Shown here in pieces: positions 17,174 through 27,672 of a stretch of 54,725 bases of DNA. How positions within the stretch are numbered: the first letter of the stretch is position 1; each line of letters opens with the position of its first letter. Source of the DNA: an uncultured Alphaproteobacteria bacterium. GTDB lineage: Bacteria; Pseudomonadota; Alphaproteobacteria; CAAHEQ01; UBA3637. The translations under genes and the position numbers were made by a program. Below the pieces are notes generated by a model that had not been told where the DNA came from, ran no database searches, and was given only the letters and a program-made list of their open reading frames with translations. The stretch is taken from contig CANQKV010000001.1 in assembly GCA_947624545.1 (NCBI GenBank), forward strand, positions 1-54,725. Direction: 5' to 3'.

Positions 17174-20100
17174 ATGTTCGCGCAATTATTTAAAAATAAA
17201 AAATTTTTACCGTTATTGGCATCTCGCTTTTTATCTGCCATTAACGAGGGTTTTATTCGCTATGTTTTCCTCTTTTTGGTTACATATAAACTGACACAGC
17301 CCAATCCCGTTTTTATGATTATGGCTGTTGTTTTATATGCGCTTTCGTTTTGCTTTGCAACGTGCTATATCGGGCAAATTGCCGATAAATATTCCAAAGC
17401 AAAGTGTTTGCGAGCGGTTCGATTGTGTGAAATCGGCATTATGGGAATGGCACTTGTCGGCATTTCGTTGAATTCTCCCGTTTTGTTTTTAAGCATTTTA
17501 ATTGCCATGGGGCTTATTAACGCTTGTCAGAAAGTTTTGGATACTTCTCTGATTACCGAATTAATCGCGCCCGCAAAATTAAATGCCGGTAACGTTTTAA
17601 TGAAAATCGGCGTTATTTTTGCCTCAGGATTGTCCTGTCTGTTGTTAACCAGCATTTTAAAGTTTGATGTTGCTTATATGGCAGTTTGTTTGTTGGGATT
17701 TGTTTTATCCATTGTCAGTTTTCTTGTTTCTTTGAAAATTATACCGGTGGAACCCGCCGATCAAGAAACCGTTATTTTTCGTAATCCGTATAAAGCTTTC
17801 GGATTTGTTTCGGAAAAACTGAAACATCATTTTGATATGTGGGCTTATTTGGTCGGTATTGCTTGGTTTTGGATGATTTCAACGGTTATTTTCTTCTTCT
17901 CTGCCGATTATGGTCGAATTGTTTTGCATGCCCGTTGGTCGGTTGTTATGTTTTTATCCGCGGGCATTTTCACAATCGGATATATTTTAGGCGGTATTCT
18001 TTATGCGCGATTTTCTCGTAAAAATAATATGGGCGCGCATACGTCCGTTGTTTGCCTGCTGATTTCGTTATTTTTATTTAATTTTATTTTTGCCAGTTCA
18101 AATGCCGAACATATTGTTTTGGCACGTGATATTACCGTTTTCAAAATGCTGACCGCAAACTTCAATTATTGGTGCATTATGATTGATGTTTTGGTATTGG
18201 GAGCTTTGTCGGCGTTTTATGTTATTCCGTTTTACACGTTGATTCAATTAAAAACACCCAAGTTTATGATGGGTCGAATGATGGCGTTTTCCAATATGGT
18301 TAACGCCTGCGCCGTTGTGGCGTCGTTAATGATTACGTTAAGCTTAACAATTTTGTCTTTCGGTGTATTGAATATATTGCTTATTTATGCCGTTGCCAAT
18401 TTGTTGATTGCCGTTTATATGATTCGATTGCTTCCGATTGATGCCCGAAAAAAAGTGTTTCGTCGTGTTTTGAGCTTTTTGTTTAAAGTGGAAGTGAAAG
18501 GGCTTGAAAACTTAAAAAAAGCGGGTCAAAAAGCCTTGATTATTCCAAATCACACCTCATACATGGATGTGTTGCTGATTTCCGCCTTTTTAGAGGATGA
18601 AATTACGTTTGCCGTCAGTGATAAATTAATTGAAAAAACGCTCGTTAAGTTTATGACCAACTTAACGGATGTGCGACCGCTCGATCCGCAAAGTCCGTTC
18701 GCCGTTAAATATATGGTGGAACAATTAAACGAAAATAAACTTTGTATGATTTTAACCGAAGGAATTATTGACGGCGGTAATACGCGTATGAAAATTTATG
18801 AAGCGCCCGCAATGATGGCGGTTAAAGGAAATGCGCCTATTTTGCCCATTCGGATTGATGGCGCTTCAAATGCCGTTTTCTCTCGCATTTTGGGTACAAA
18901 ATTTGTTTTTAAATTGCTGCCGAAAATAACCTTAAATATTTTGGAACCGGTGAGTTTTCATTTTTCCGAAGAAATGACGACAAGAGAAATTCGGGAAAAG
19001 TCAAGCTCGCGCTTGCACGATATTTTAATGCAAATGACGTTTGACAGTTATGACAAAAACAGAACCTTGTTCGAAGCCGTTTCCGATTCCATGCACATGG
19101 CGGGATATTTAAAGCCCATTATGGAAGATACGTCACGAAAACCGATTAAGTTTTGCTTGTTTTTCTTGAAAGCCTTTATTTTGGGGCGCTTAATGCAACG
19201 TGCCGTCGGTGATGAAAAATATGTCGGCTTGATGATTCCCACGTCTAACGCCTGCGCCATTGCCTTTTTCGGTTTACACGCTTTCGGTAAAACACCGGCA
19301 ATGATTAACTTTACTTCCGGACCGAAACAAGTGGTGTCCACCTGTGAAACAATCGGATTAAGAACCGTTATTACGGCGCATAAAGTTGTTAATATGGCTA
19401 AATTGGAACACTTGATTGAAGAATTGGAAAAAAATAAAATTCGGGTTGTTTATTTAGAAGATTTAAAACCTTCGTTAAAGCCGAAAGATGAACTCATCGG
19501 TATGGCAGGTGCCTTATGCCCGAAAACGATTTATCAAAAAACGTGTGAACGAAAAGTTTCGCCCGATGATACCGCTGTTGTCTTGTTTACATCGGGAACG
19601 GAAGGTTTGCCGAAAGCCGTCTTTTTATCGCACAAAAATATTTTATCCAACTGTTATCAGTTACCGTCAATTTTTGACGTGTATCCGAATGACGTGTTTT
19701 TAAACTGTTTGCCGATGTTCCATTCTTTCGGATTGGGCGCCGGTGTTGTTTTGCCGCTCTTATTGGGTATTAAAACGGTTTTATATCCCACACCGCTACA
19801 TTATCGGATTATTCCGGAAATTTGCGCTTCCGTAAAAGCAACCATTTTCTTCGGAACGGATACCTTTTTGGCAGGTTATGCCAAGTGCGCCAATCCGTAT
19901 GACTTCAACAGTCTGCGTATTGTGGCATCGGGTGCCGAAAAGGTAAAAGAAGAAACACGACGAATTTGGGCGGAAAAATTCGGTGTTCGTATTTTGGAAG
20001 GATACGGGGCAACGGAATGTTCACCGTTTATTGCCGTCAATACGTTTTTGCACTCGAAAAAAGATTCCGTCGGACGCATTTTGCCCGGTATGAGTTATGA

Positions 20101-20599
20101 CTTAAAGCCTGTTGAAGGAATTACCGACGGAAAAGAACTTTGGGTTAAAGGTCCGAACATTATGCAAGGGTATATGCGTCATACCGCGCCGCTTCAATTA
20201 GATCCCCCTCATAACGGTTGGTATGATACGGGTGATATTGTATCGGTTGATGAAGATGGCTATATATCCATTAAAGGACGGTGCAAGCGTTTTGCTAAAA
20301 TCGGGGGAGAAATGGTTTCGTTGTTGGCGGTGGAAATGGTTGTTGAAAAACGGTATCCCGATTTTATTTCCGGAGCCGTCAATATTCCCGATGCCAAAAA
20401 AGGTGAACAGATTGTTTTGATTACCACCTGTAAAGATATTACCCGCGATGATTTGGTGAGCGCCTTTAAAGCGGCAGGCATTACCGAACTCGGATTACCC
20501 TCCCGCATTATCGTAACCGATCAGCCGCCCCTTTTGGGAACAGGAAAATTCGATTATGTTACCGCCAAAGAAATGGCTTTAAAAGAAACAGGAAAATAA
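17174..20599 (+). CDS. aas: Tri-domain fusion: LplT-like MFS lysophospholipid transporter, PlsC-type acyltransferase and acyl-ACP synthetase (Aas)
   Basis: Residues ~1-420 are a 12-TM MFS domain. PNHTSYMDVLL (HxxxxD acyltransferase motif) follows. FTSGTEGLPKAV (AMP-binding motif), GYGATE, YDTGD and GRCKRFAKIGGEMVS are adenylate-forming ligase motifs. The ATG at 17174 follows a GAGG ribosome-binding site. Confidence 0.85.
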   Translation: MFAQLFKNKKFLPLLASRFLSAINEGFIRYVFLFLVTYKLTQPNPVFMIMAVVLYALSFCFATCYIGQIADKYSKAKCLRAVRLCEIGIMGMALVGISLNSPVLFLSILIAMGLINACQKVLDTSLITELIAPAKLNAGNVLMKIGVIFASGLSCLLLTSILKFDVAYMAVCLLGFVLSIVSFLVSLKIIPVEPADQETVIFRNPYKAFGFVSEKLKHHFDMWAYLVGIAWFWMISTVIFFFSADYGRIVLHARWSVVMFLSAGIFTIGYILGGILYARFSRKNNMGAHTSVVCLLISLFLFNFIFASSNAEHIVLARDITVFKMLTANFNYWCIMIDVLVLGALSAFYVIPFYTLIQLKTPKFMMGRMMAFSNMVNACAVVASLMITLSLTILSFGVLNILLIYAVANLLIAVYMIRLLPIDARKKVFRRVLSFLFKVEVKGLENLKKAGQKALIIPNHTSYMDVLLISAFLEDEITFAVSDKLIEKTLVKFMTNLTDVRPLDPQSPFAVKYMVEQLNENKLCMILTEGIIDGGNTRMKIYEAPAMMAVKGNAPILPIRIDGASNAVFSRILGTKFVFKLLPKITLNILEPVSFHFSEEMTTREIREKSSSRLHDILMQMTFDSYDKNRTLFEAVSDSMHMAGYLKPIMEDTSRKPIKFCLFFLKAFILGRLMQRAVGDEKYVGLMIPTSNACAIAFFGLHAFGKTPAMINFTSGPKQVVSTCETIGLRTVITAHKVVNMAKLEHLIEELEKNKIRVVYLEDLKPSLKPKDELIGMAGALCPKTIYQKTCERKVSPDDTAVVLFTSGTEGLPKAVFLSHKNILSNCYQLPSIFDVYPNDVFLNCLPMFHSFGLGAGVVLPLLLGIKTVLYPTPLHYRIIPEICASVKATIFFGTDTFLAGYAKCANPYDFNSLRIVASGAEKVKEETRRIWAEKFGVRILEGYGATECSPFIAVNTFLHSKKDSVGRILPGMSYDLKPVEGITDGKELWVKGPNIMQGYMRHTAPLQLDPPHNGWYDTGDIVSVDEDGYISIKGRCKRFAKIGGEMVSLLAVEMVVEKRYPDFISGAVNIPDAKKGEQIVLITTCKDITRDDLVSAFKAAGITELGLPSRIIVTDQPPLLGTGKFDYVTAKEMALKETGK

Positions 20600-20609
20600 A
20601 GGAGGGCAA

Positions 20610-21596
20610 ATGGCAAATATCGGTGTTATCGGCGCAGGCGCTTGGGGAACGGCTTTAACCGTTACGGCGGCAAAGGCAAAAAATAATGTGCGCGTTTGGG
20701 CATTCGAATCTGAAACGGTTCGTGAAATCAATGAAAAACATCAAACCTCTTTTTTGCCGACGGCGACAATTCCCGAAACGGTTGTTGCGACCAATGATAT
20801 GAAAGAAGTGCTTTCATGGGCGGATTGTGTTTTACTCGTTTCACCGGCGCAATTCACGCGTTCGGTATTCATGCAAATGGCGCCGTTTTTAAAAACCGTC
20901 ACGCCGGTTGTTTTGTGTGCCAAAGGCATTGAGCTGTCAACAGGGTATTTGTTAAGTGAAATCGTGAATGAAATTCGTCCGCAAACACCGCTTATCGTGT
21001 TATCGGGTCCGAATTTCGCAACGGAAGTGGCGAAAGGTTGTCCGACGGCGGTTACCATTGCTTCGCCGTCACAAATGTTGGCGGACAGAGTGTGTCGTTA
21101 TTTGAAAACCGATTATTTTCGTCCGTATTCTTCCACCGATTTAATCACGCCGGAAGTTTGCGGTGCCATTAAAAACGTGTTGGCTATTGCCTCGGGTATT
21201 TCTGACGGTTGTCGGTTGGGCGACAATGCCCGTGCGGCTCTTTTAACGCGCGGATTAGCGGAAATGTCACGTTTTGCCGTTGCGTTGGGCGGAAAAAAAG
21301 AAAGTGTGTTGGGGCTTTGCGGTATCGGAGATTTAATGTTAACGGCAAACAGTCGGCAATCCCGCAATTATTCGTTCGGTTTTGCCGTCGGTGAAGCGGG
21401 GGAAGCCGAAAGCGTTTTGAAAAGTTGCACCAAAACGGTTGAGGGGGTTGCAACGGCGTCATCTGTTATGAAGCGCGCCCGTGAACTTCATGTCGATTTA
21501 CCGATTTGTGAATCGGTTGAGGCTGTTTTATATCACAAAAAGCCCATTCATGAGGTTTTAAAAGAAATGTTAGCCAGACCGTTACGCAAAGAATAA
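20610..21596 (+). CDS. gpsA: NAD(P)H-dependent glycerol-3-phosphate dehydrogenase
   Basis: Contains IGVIGAGAWGTALT, GPNFATEVA, IKNVLAIASGI and GDLMLT..S..SRN. Confidence 0.93.
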   Translation: MANIGVIGAGAWGTALTVTAAKAKNNVRVWAFESETVREINEKHQTSFLPTATIPETVVATNDMKEVLSWADCVLLVSPAQFTRSVFMQMAPFLKTVTPVVLCAKGIELSTGYLLSEIVNEIRPQTPLIVLSGPNFATEVAKGCPTAVTIASPSQMLADRVCRYLKTDYFRPYSSTDLITPEVCGAIKNVLAIASGISDGCRLGDNARAALLTRGLAEMSRFAVALGGKKESVLGLCGIGDLMLTANSRQSRNYSFGFAVGEAGEAESVLKSCTKTVEGVATASSVMKRARELHVDLPICESVEAVLYHKKPIHEVLKEMLARPLRKE

Positions 21597-21611
21597 CAGC
21601 GAAGGTTAAAA

Positions 21612-22751
21612 TCAGCTTGTAAAATCATTCCAGATTTTTTTAATCTGACACAAAAAGTCTTTACAGGCTTCTTGATTGGATTCTTTTGTTTCGGCGGCAA
21701 ACTGTTTTAATAATTCTTTTTGCTTGGCACTTAAATGTGTCGGTGTTTCAACGCGAAACGTCACAAATAAATCTCCGAACAAATCGCTTTTCAGTTGCGG
21801 CATTCCTTTGCCTTTAATTTTGAGCTGATACCCCGATTGCATACCGGCTTTAATTTCCGTCGGTATCGGTTTTCCGTCCATGGAGGGGACATTGACTGTT
21901 CCGCCCAAAGCGGCGGTTGTCATCGGTACGGGCATTTCGCAATATAAATGAGCGCCTTTTCTGTTAAAAATGGCGTGTTTTTTTACCTCGACGAACACAT
22001 ATAAATCTCCGGCAGGTCCGCCGTTTCTGCCGGCATCTCCTTCGCCGGCAAGACGCATTCTGACACCCGTATCAACTCCTTTGGGAATGGTAATTTCCAG
22101 ATTTCTTTTTTTATGAATACATCCTGTTCCTTTGCAATCGGGACACGGCTCATGAACCGTTTTTCCCGTTCCGTGACAATCAGGACAAGAGGTATCCATA
22201 ACAAAAAAGGCTTGTCGTTGCCGAATCCGACCATATCCGCCGCATGTCGGGCAATTATCCAGTCTTTTTCCTCCCTTTCCGTCACATGTTTTACAAGGAA
22301 CGCACGTATCGACCGTAATGGATTTTTTAACGCCTTCATAGGCTTCTTGTTGCGTAATGGATATATCATACCGCACATCGGCGCCGCGTAAATTAGATTC
22401 GACGTCTTCCGATGCGTTTCCGTTGAATCCGCGGAACATTTCTTCAAAAATGCTTTCAAATCCGCTCTCTCCCAGCCCGAATCCGCCGAATCCTCCTCCG
22501 CCGAATCCGGTTTGTCCGTTTGAAAATGCCGCATGTCCGTAACGGTCATAGGCTGCTCGTTTTTGGTCGTCTTTTAAAACTTCATAAGCTTCATTGATTT
22601 CTTTAAATTGTAATTCCGCTTTGACATCTCCCGGGTGCATATCGGGGTGGCATTCTTTTGCTTTTATACGAAACGCCCGTTTGATTTCTTCGGCAGACGC
22701 ATTTTTGGAAACGCCCAACATATCATAATAATCTTTTTTTGCCATATTCAA
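21612..22751 (-). CDS. dnaJ: Molecular chaperone DnaJ
   Basis: Has a J-domain with HPD (DYYDMLGV...CHPDMHPGD), a G/F-rich linker and four CxxCxGxG zinc-finger repeats. Confidence 0.97.
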   Translation of the reverse strand: MNMAKKDYYDMLGVSKNASAEEIKRAFRIKAKECHPDMHPGDVKAELQFKEINEAYEVLKDDQKRAAYDRYGHAAFSNGQTGFGGGGFGGFGLGESGFESIFEEMFRGFNGNASEDVESNLRGADVRYDISITQQEAYEGVKKSITVDTCVPCKTCDGKGGKRLDNCPTCGGYGRIRQRQAFFVMDTSCPDCHGTGKTVHEPCPDCKGTGCIHKKRNLEITIPKGVDTGVRMRLAGEGDAGRNGGPAGDLYVFVEVKKHAIFNRKGAHLYCEMPVPMTTAALGGTVNVPSMDGKPIPTEIKAGMQSGYQLKIKGKGMPQLKSDLFGDLFVTFRVETPTHLSAKQKELLKQFAAETKESNQEACKDFLCQIKKIWNDFTS

Positions 22752-22859
22752 CCTCTGTGCCGTTTTTTTAAGTCTGTATTGATAAACATCGAAAGGTCCT
22801 TTCCGAACATATGGATTTATGTTATCGGAAAAGACCTTTCAAGGTTAAGTTACAACTTT

Positions 22860-24770
22860 TTATTTTTTAACTTCTTCAAAATCAGCATCGACAACCGAAT
22901 CATCTTTCTTTTCTTCGGTTGAAGCGCCGCTTTCTCCGGATGTGGTGCCGGCAGCCGTTGCATCAGCCGATTGTTTATACATTGCTTCGCCGAGTTTTAA
23001 AGAAGCTTGCGTTAAAGCATTTGTTTTATCTTTAATTTTTTCGGCATCGTTACTGTCTAAAACATCTTTCAACTCTTGAACGGCTTTTTCAATGCCTTCT
23101 TTATCGGAGGCGCCGATTTTATCGCCGTTTTCTTTCAAGAGTTTTTCCGTTTCGTGAATCAGGGCATCTGCGTGATTTCTTGCTTCGATTGCCTCTTTGA
23201 CTTTTTTATCTTCTTCGGCATGTTGTTCGGCTTCCTTGACCATTTTTTCAATATCTTCGTCTTTTAAGCCGCCCGATGCCTGAATACGAATATTCTGTTC
23301 TTTGCCGGTTGCTTTATCTTTTGCCGACACGTTGACAATACCGTTGGCGTCAATATCAAACGTGACTTCAATTTGCGGCATACCGCGCGGTGCCGGCGGA
23401 ATACCGATTAAATCAAACTGACCCAACAATTTGTTGTCGCGCGCCATTTCCCGCTCGCCTTGGAAAACGCGAATGGTAACGGCGGTTTGTCCGTCTTCCG
23501 CCGTAGAAAAGACCTGACTTTTCTTTGTCGGAATGGTCGTGTTTCTGTCAATCAAACGGGTAAACACGCCGCCCAATGTTTCAATACCCAACGAAAGCGG
23601 TGTCACATCAAGCAACAAAACATCTTTCACATCGCCTTTAAGCACACCGCCCTGAATGGCTGCGCCCATTGCCACCACTTCATCGGGATTCACGCCTTTA
23701 TGCGGTTCTTTCCCGAAGAAGTCTTTGACAATTTCTTGTACTTTCGGCATACGCGTCATACCGCCGACCAAAATCACTTCATCGATTTCACCTTTATTTA
23801 AGCCGGCATCTTTCAAGGCTTTTTCCATCGGTCCTTTGGTGCGATCCAACAAATCTTCAACCAGGCTTTCCAATTTGGCACGGGTTAAAGAAATATTCAG
23901 GTGTTTCGGACCCGTTGCATCGGCTGTAATAAACGGCAGATTAATATCGGTTTGTGTTGCGGAAGACAATTCGATTTTCGCTTTTTCGGCGGCTTCTTTT
24001 AAGCGCTGTAAAGCCATTCGATCGTTTCTTAAATCAATGCCGTTTTCTTTTTTAAACTCATCTGCCAAATAATCCATGACGCGTGCATCAAAATCTTCAC
24101 CGCCCAAAAAGGTATCGCCGTTGGTGGATTTTACTTCGAACACGCCGTCGCCGATTTCCAAAATCGAAACATCGAATGTACCGCCACCCAAGTCATAAAC
24201 GGCAATCGTACCCGATTTTTTCTGATCCATACCGTAAGCCAAAGCGGCAGCTGTCGGCTCGTTAATAATACGCAACACTTCCAATCCTGCGATTTTGCCG
24301 GCATCTTTGGTGGCTTGACGTTGTGAATCATCAAAATAAGCCGGTACCGTAATAATGGCTTGCGTGACTTTTTCACCCAAGTAACTTTCGGCATCTTCTT
24401 TTAATTTTTGTAAAACATATGCCGAAATTTGACTCGGGGCATATTTTTTATCGGAAACTTCAACCCACGCGTCACCGTTATCGCCGGAAACAATTTTATA
24501 GGGCATTAAGCCTTTATCGCGTTGCACCATTTTATCATCATACCGCCGACCGATTAAGCGCTTAATGGAAAACAACGTTCCCGTCGGATTTGTGACGGCT
24601 TGACGTTTCGCCGGTTGTCCGACCAAGCGTTCGCCTTTGCCCGTAAAAGCAACCATAGACGGTGTGGTGCGGGCTCCTTCACGGTTTTCCAACACTTTGG
24701 GATCTTTACCGTCCATAATTGCCATACATGAGTTTGTTGTACCTAAATCAATTCCTAAAATTTTAGACAT
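22860..24770 (-). CDS. dnaK: Molecular chaperone DnaK (Hsp70)
   Basis: Contains [37 protein letters not shown] and an EEVKK-type C-terminus. Confidence 0.98.
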   Translation of the reverse strand: MSKILGIDLGTTNSCMAIMDGKDPKVLENREGARTTPSMVAFTGKGERLVGQPAKRQAVTNPTGTLFSIKRLIGRRYDDKMVQRDKGLMPYKIVSGDNGDAWVEVSDKKYAPSQISAYVLQKLKEDAESYLGEKVTQAIITVPAYFDDSQRQATKDAGKIAGLEVLRIINEPTAAALAYGMDQKKSGTIAVYDLGGGTFDVSILEIGDGVFEVKSTNGDTFLGGEDFDARVMDYLADEFKKENGIDLRNDRMALQRLKEAAEKAKIELSSATQTDINLPFITADATGPKHLNISLTRAKLESLVEDLLDRTKGPMEKALKDAGLNKGEIDEVILVGGMTRMPKVQEIVKDFFGKEPHKGVNPDEVVAMGAAIQGGVLKGDVKDVLLLDVTPLSLGIETLGGVFTRLIDRNTTIPTKKSQVFSTAEDGQTAVTIRVFQGEREMARDNKLLGQFDLIGIPPAPRGMPQIEVTFDIDANGIVNVSAKDKATGKEQNIRIQASGGLKDEDIEKMVKEAEQHAEEDKKVKEAIEARNHADALIHETEKLLKENGDKIGASDKEGIEKAVQELKDVLDSNDAEKIKDKTNALTQASLKLGEAMYKQSADATAAGTTSGESGASTEEKKDDSVVDADFEEVKK

Positions 24771-24811
24771 TTTTTGCTCCTTTTTGTTAAAATTTAAAAC
24801 TGATATGGTGT

Positions 24812-24840
24812 ATATAGGTCATAACATTGTATTTAACAAC
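24812..24840 (-). promoter_or_regulatory. Putative RpoH (sigma32)-type heat-shock promoter of dnaKJ
   Basis: The minus strand reads GTTG-N18-CCTATAT. The same ATGACCTATATA block occurs upstream of htpG. It matches the alphaproteobacterial sigma32 consensus CTTG-N17/18-CYTATNT. Confidence 0.45.
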
Positions 24841-24924
24841 CCCCTTTTTGCATTTTTTTTGATTTTTTTTGTTTTTTTTGCTAAAAGAGGCGCAAAACAA
24901 GTAAAAAATCAGTGAAAAAACATC

Positions 24925-24952
24925 TTGATTTTTTAGGCTTTTTGCATATAAT
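24925..24952 (+). promoter_or_regulatory. sigma70-type promoter of the Na+-dependent transporter gene
   Basis: TTGATT, a 16-nt spacer, then TATAAT, 37 nt upstream of the ATG at 24989. Confidence 0.55.
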
Positions 24953-24988
24953 ACGATTGATTGATTATTTTTCAAAAGGATTTTTAAA

Positions 24989-26395
24989 ATGAAGCGAGCA
25001 CAATGGGGCGGACAAATCGGTTTTATTCTGGCAACGGCAGGATCCGCCATCGGATTGGGAAATGTTTGGCGATTTCCTTATATGGCAGGACAAAACGGCG
25101 GCGGTACGTTTTTATTGTTATATCTGATTTGCGTTTTCGGATTGGGATATTTTTTGCTTCTTTCCAAGTTGGCTTTCGGGCGATGCGCTCATACCAACAT
25201 TATTGACGGATTTTCGATTGTCGCTGCCAAAAACAAAAAGACTGTTTCGCCGCGGTGGGGAAAATTTGCCGGTGCGTTGGTACTTTTTAATACGTTGTTA
25301 GTTCCGAGTGTTTATGTGGTTGTTATCGGGTGGACATTGTTTTATTTGGTTCATGCCGTTTTATACTTATTCAACATATCAGACACACCTTTAAATAAAA
25401 CGTTGTTTGAGGAATTAACCGCTTCTTTCAAAGAGCAGCTTTTTTGGGGAATTATTTGCATTGCGGCAACCATGGGTATTATTATGCGCGGTATTCGAAA
25501 AGGAATTGAAAAAATATCATTGCTTTTAATGCCGATTTTGTTTGTATTGCTTGTTTTTATGGCTGTTCGAATGTTGTTGATGCCCGAAGCTTTTAAAGGG
25601 GTCGTATTTTTCTTAAAACCCGATTTCACTGCCATGGGATTTACTCCCGACGGTTTTCAATTTAAAACGTTTGCGACATTGTTATTGCAGGTTATCGGAC
25701 AAGCTATCTATTCTTTATCATTAGGGTTGGGCGTGTTGTTTGCTTACGGTTCTTATTTATCCGACAAAGAAAACTTGTTAAAATCTGCAACATGGATTGC
25801 CGCGCTTGATACGTTGGTGGCGCTGCTTTCAGGCTTTATTGTTTTGCCGGCGGTGTTCGCTTTTCATCTTCCGCCCGAATCAGGTCCGACATTGAGTTTT
25901 ATTACATTGCCGATGGTTTTCGAACAAATGCTCGGCGGTGCTTTTTTAACGGTTGTTTTCTTTGCCCTTCTTTTTATTGCCGCCATTACTTCCTTAATTT
26001 CCATGTATGAAAGCGCCGTCAATATTATTTCCGAAAAAACACGCTTCAATCGAATAGAATCTGTTTGGCTTGTCGGCGGTATCAATACCGTTATGACGGG
26101 AATTCTTCTTCTTTCGTTTTCAAAAACGGTTTCATGGAAAATCGGCGGAACGGATTTGTTTTCATTTGCCGATGTTTTAACCGGTTCCTTTACAATGGGC
26201 TTCCTTGTATTATATACAACACTTTTTATGGGGTGGATGGTTTCAAACGCCGTTATTCAAAACATTCAACAAGGTATTTCAAAACCTTTACCGAAGTTTT
26301 TTAAACGGTATATGAAATTTACGTTGCGTTTTTCGGCGCCGTTCATCTTGGTTATTTTATTTGTAACGGCTTTTGTTAATTTGTTTAATGATTGA
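24989..26395 (+). CDS. Sodium-dependent transporter, neurotransmitter:sodium symporter (SNF/NSS) family
   Basis: Contains W..QIGFILATAGSAIGLGNVWRFPYMAGQNGGG, the NSS signature, plus about 11-12 TM helices. Confidence 0.92.
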   Translation: MKRAQWGGQIGFILATAGSAIGLGNVWRFPYMAGQNGGGTFLLLYLICVFGLGYFLLLSKLAFGRCAHTNIIDGFSIVAAKNKKTVSPRWGKFAGALVLFNTLLVPSVYVVVIGWTLFYLVHAVLYLFNISDTPLNKTLFEELTASFKEQLFWGIICIAATMGIIMRGIRKGIEKISLLLMPILFVLLVFMAVRMLLMPEAFKGVVFFLKPDFTAMGFTPDGFQFKTFATLLLQVIGQAIYSLSLGLGVLFAYGSYLSDKENLLKSATWIAALDTLVALLSGFIVLPAVFAFHLPPESGPTLSFITLPMVFEQMLGGAFLTVVFFALLFIAAITSLISMYESAVNIISEKTRFNRIESVWLVGGINTVMTGILLLSFSKTVSWKIGGTDLFSFADVLTGSFTMGFLVLYTTLFMGWMVSNAVIQNIQQGISKPLPKFFKRYMKFTLRFSAPFILVILFVTAFVNLFND

Positions 26396-26431
26396 GAGCG
26401 TTGGAAAACAAAAATCGTTTTAAAAAGCGGT

Positions 26432-26932
26432 TTACTTAAATGTTACGCGCTCCAAAACACGGAAAACTTTCTCTAACGCTTTATCCGTTTCTTTTTCGGA
26501 CGGCGGAACAGATTCATCTTGCAACATTTCTTTGGTTTTGGTCATAAGCTGTTCCAACAAAATTGCGGTAATATCCTGTCCGGTATTTTCCTCAATGGCG
26601 CGAATTCTGTCTTGAACGTCTTTTTTACGCGTTGCCAAGCGTTGGCAGATTTTTTCATCGGCGTCTTGTTGAATTAAAATTGCCTCTTTTTTCGCTTCGT
26701 TTATAATTTCAATACATTCTTTATCCGAATTTTTTGTGCGATTTTGATATTCATCATATAAGGCTTCCGCTTTTTCACGCAGCTGATGCGATTCATCAAT
26801 TTCTTTTTTGATTAGAGAAGCGCGAGCGGCACCCCAGACGGACAATTTTTGTTTCAGCGGTTTGACCATCAGCAAAACTACCAAACAAAAAGCAAACGCA
26901 ACCCAAAACTCCGGATTTTGCAATTCTGTCAT
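26432..26932 (-). CDS. atpF: F0F1 ATP synthase subunit b
   Basis: A single N-terminal TM helix followed by a long charged coiled coil. It is the last gene of the atpI-B-E-F'-F cluster. Confidence 0.8.
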   Translation of the reverse strand: MTELQNPEFWVAFAFCLVVLLMVKPLKQKLSVWGAARASLIKKEIDESHQLREKAEALYDEYQNRTKNSDKECIEIINEAKKEAILIQQDADEKICQRLATRKKDVQDRIRAIEENTGQDITAILLEQLMTKTKEMLQDESVPPSEKETDKALEKVFRVLERVTFK

Positions 26933-27390
26933 TTTTTGTCCCTCTGATTTTTTCGCTCTTTGCCGACAAGTTTTTGCGTTAACTCTCGGGCAAGCACCAG
27001 CGCAACCTGATCGGATTCTTGCAAAACCGATTCTTTAACACGGCGCATTTTTTGTTCGGTTTCTTCTATTTGTTGACGAAACGTTTGCTCATGTTCGGAA
27101 TCGATATGTGCGGCATATTTTTGAATGTCTTGATACGTTTCATTCAAAATTTCGGCTTTGGTCTGACGCGCGGAATATATTCGCCCGTTATAATCCTGAA
27201 TAAGCTGTGCCGCTTGATTATTGACTGCCTCGGCAACCGATAAATCGTTTTTAATTTTATGTTCTCGTTCCGTAAAGACGTCTTGAAACAAAGGCATAAG
27301 AATATAAACCGTCAAGACGTAAAAAACGCCGAAACATAAAAGCATCCAAAAGGCTTCGCCCAAAAACCAGTTCGTATCAAACTGCGGCAT
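26929..27390 (-). CDS. F0F1 ATP synthase subunit b' (second b-type stator subunit)
   Basis: Has the same architecture as subunit b (TM helix plus coiled coil). It lies between atpE and atpF, the alphaproteobacterial/photosynthetic-type arrangement. Confidence 0.78.
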   Translation of the reverse strand: MPQFDTNWFLGEAFWMLLCFGVFYVLTVYILMPLFQDVFTEREHKIKNDLSVAEAVNNQAAQLIQDYNGRIYSARQTKAEILNETYQDIQKYAAHIDSEHEQTFRQQIEETEQKMRRVKESVLQESDQVALVLARELTQKLVGKERKNQRDKK

Positions 27391-27407
27391 AAATTTTTAA
27401 CCCGAAT

Positions 27408-27653
27408 TTATAAGAATAATAACATAATAGCCAAACCTAACGCATATAATGCAATGGCTTCCGTCATAGCGGCACCGCCCCATGCAAACACGCTGACGTC
27501 TTGCTTAACGTTCGGATTTCGACTGACACAGGTAATAATTGTCGTAAAGACCGATGCCACGCCTTTTGCCACCGATAACATAACCAGACTGATTAATCCG
27601 ACCGATAAATATTTAGCGGCTTCGGCAATATAATTCATAGATTCTGTTTCCAT
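27408..27653 (-). CDS. atpE: F0F1 ATP synthase subunit c
   Basis: An 81-aa hairpin proteolipid with a conserved carboxylate in helix 2 (AAMTEAIALYAL). An AAGGAG ribosome-binding site lies 7 nt upstream. Confidence 0.92.
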   Translation of the reverse strand: METESMNYIAEAAKYLSVGLISLVMLSVAKGVASVFTTIITCVSRNPNVKQDVSVFAWGGAAMTEAIALYALGLAIMLLFL

Positions 27654-27672
27654 TTTAATTCTCCTTTTTTAA

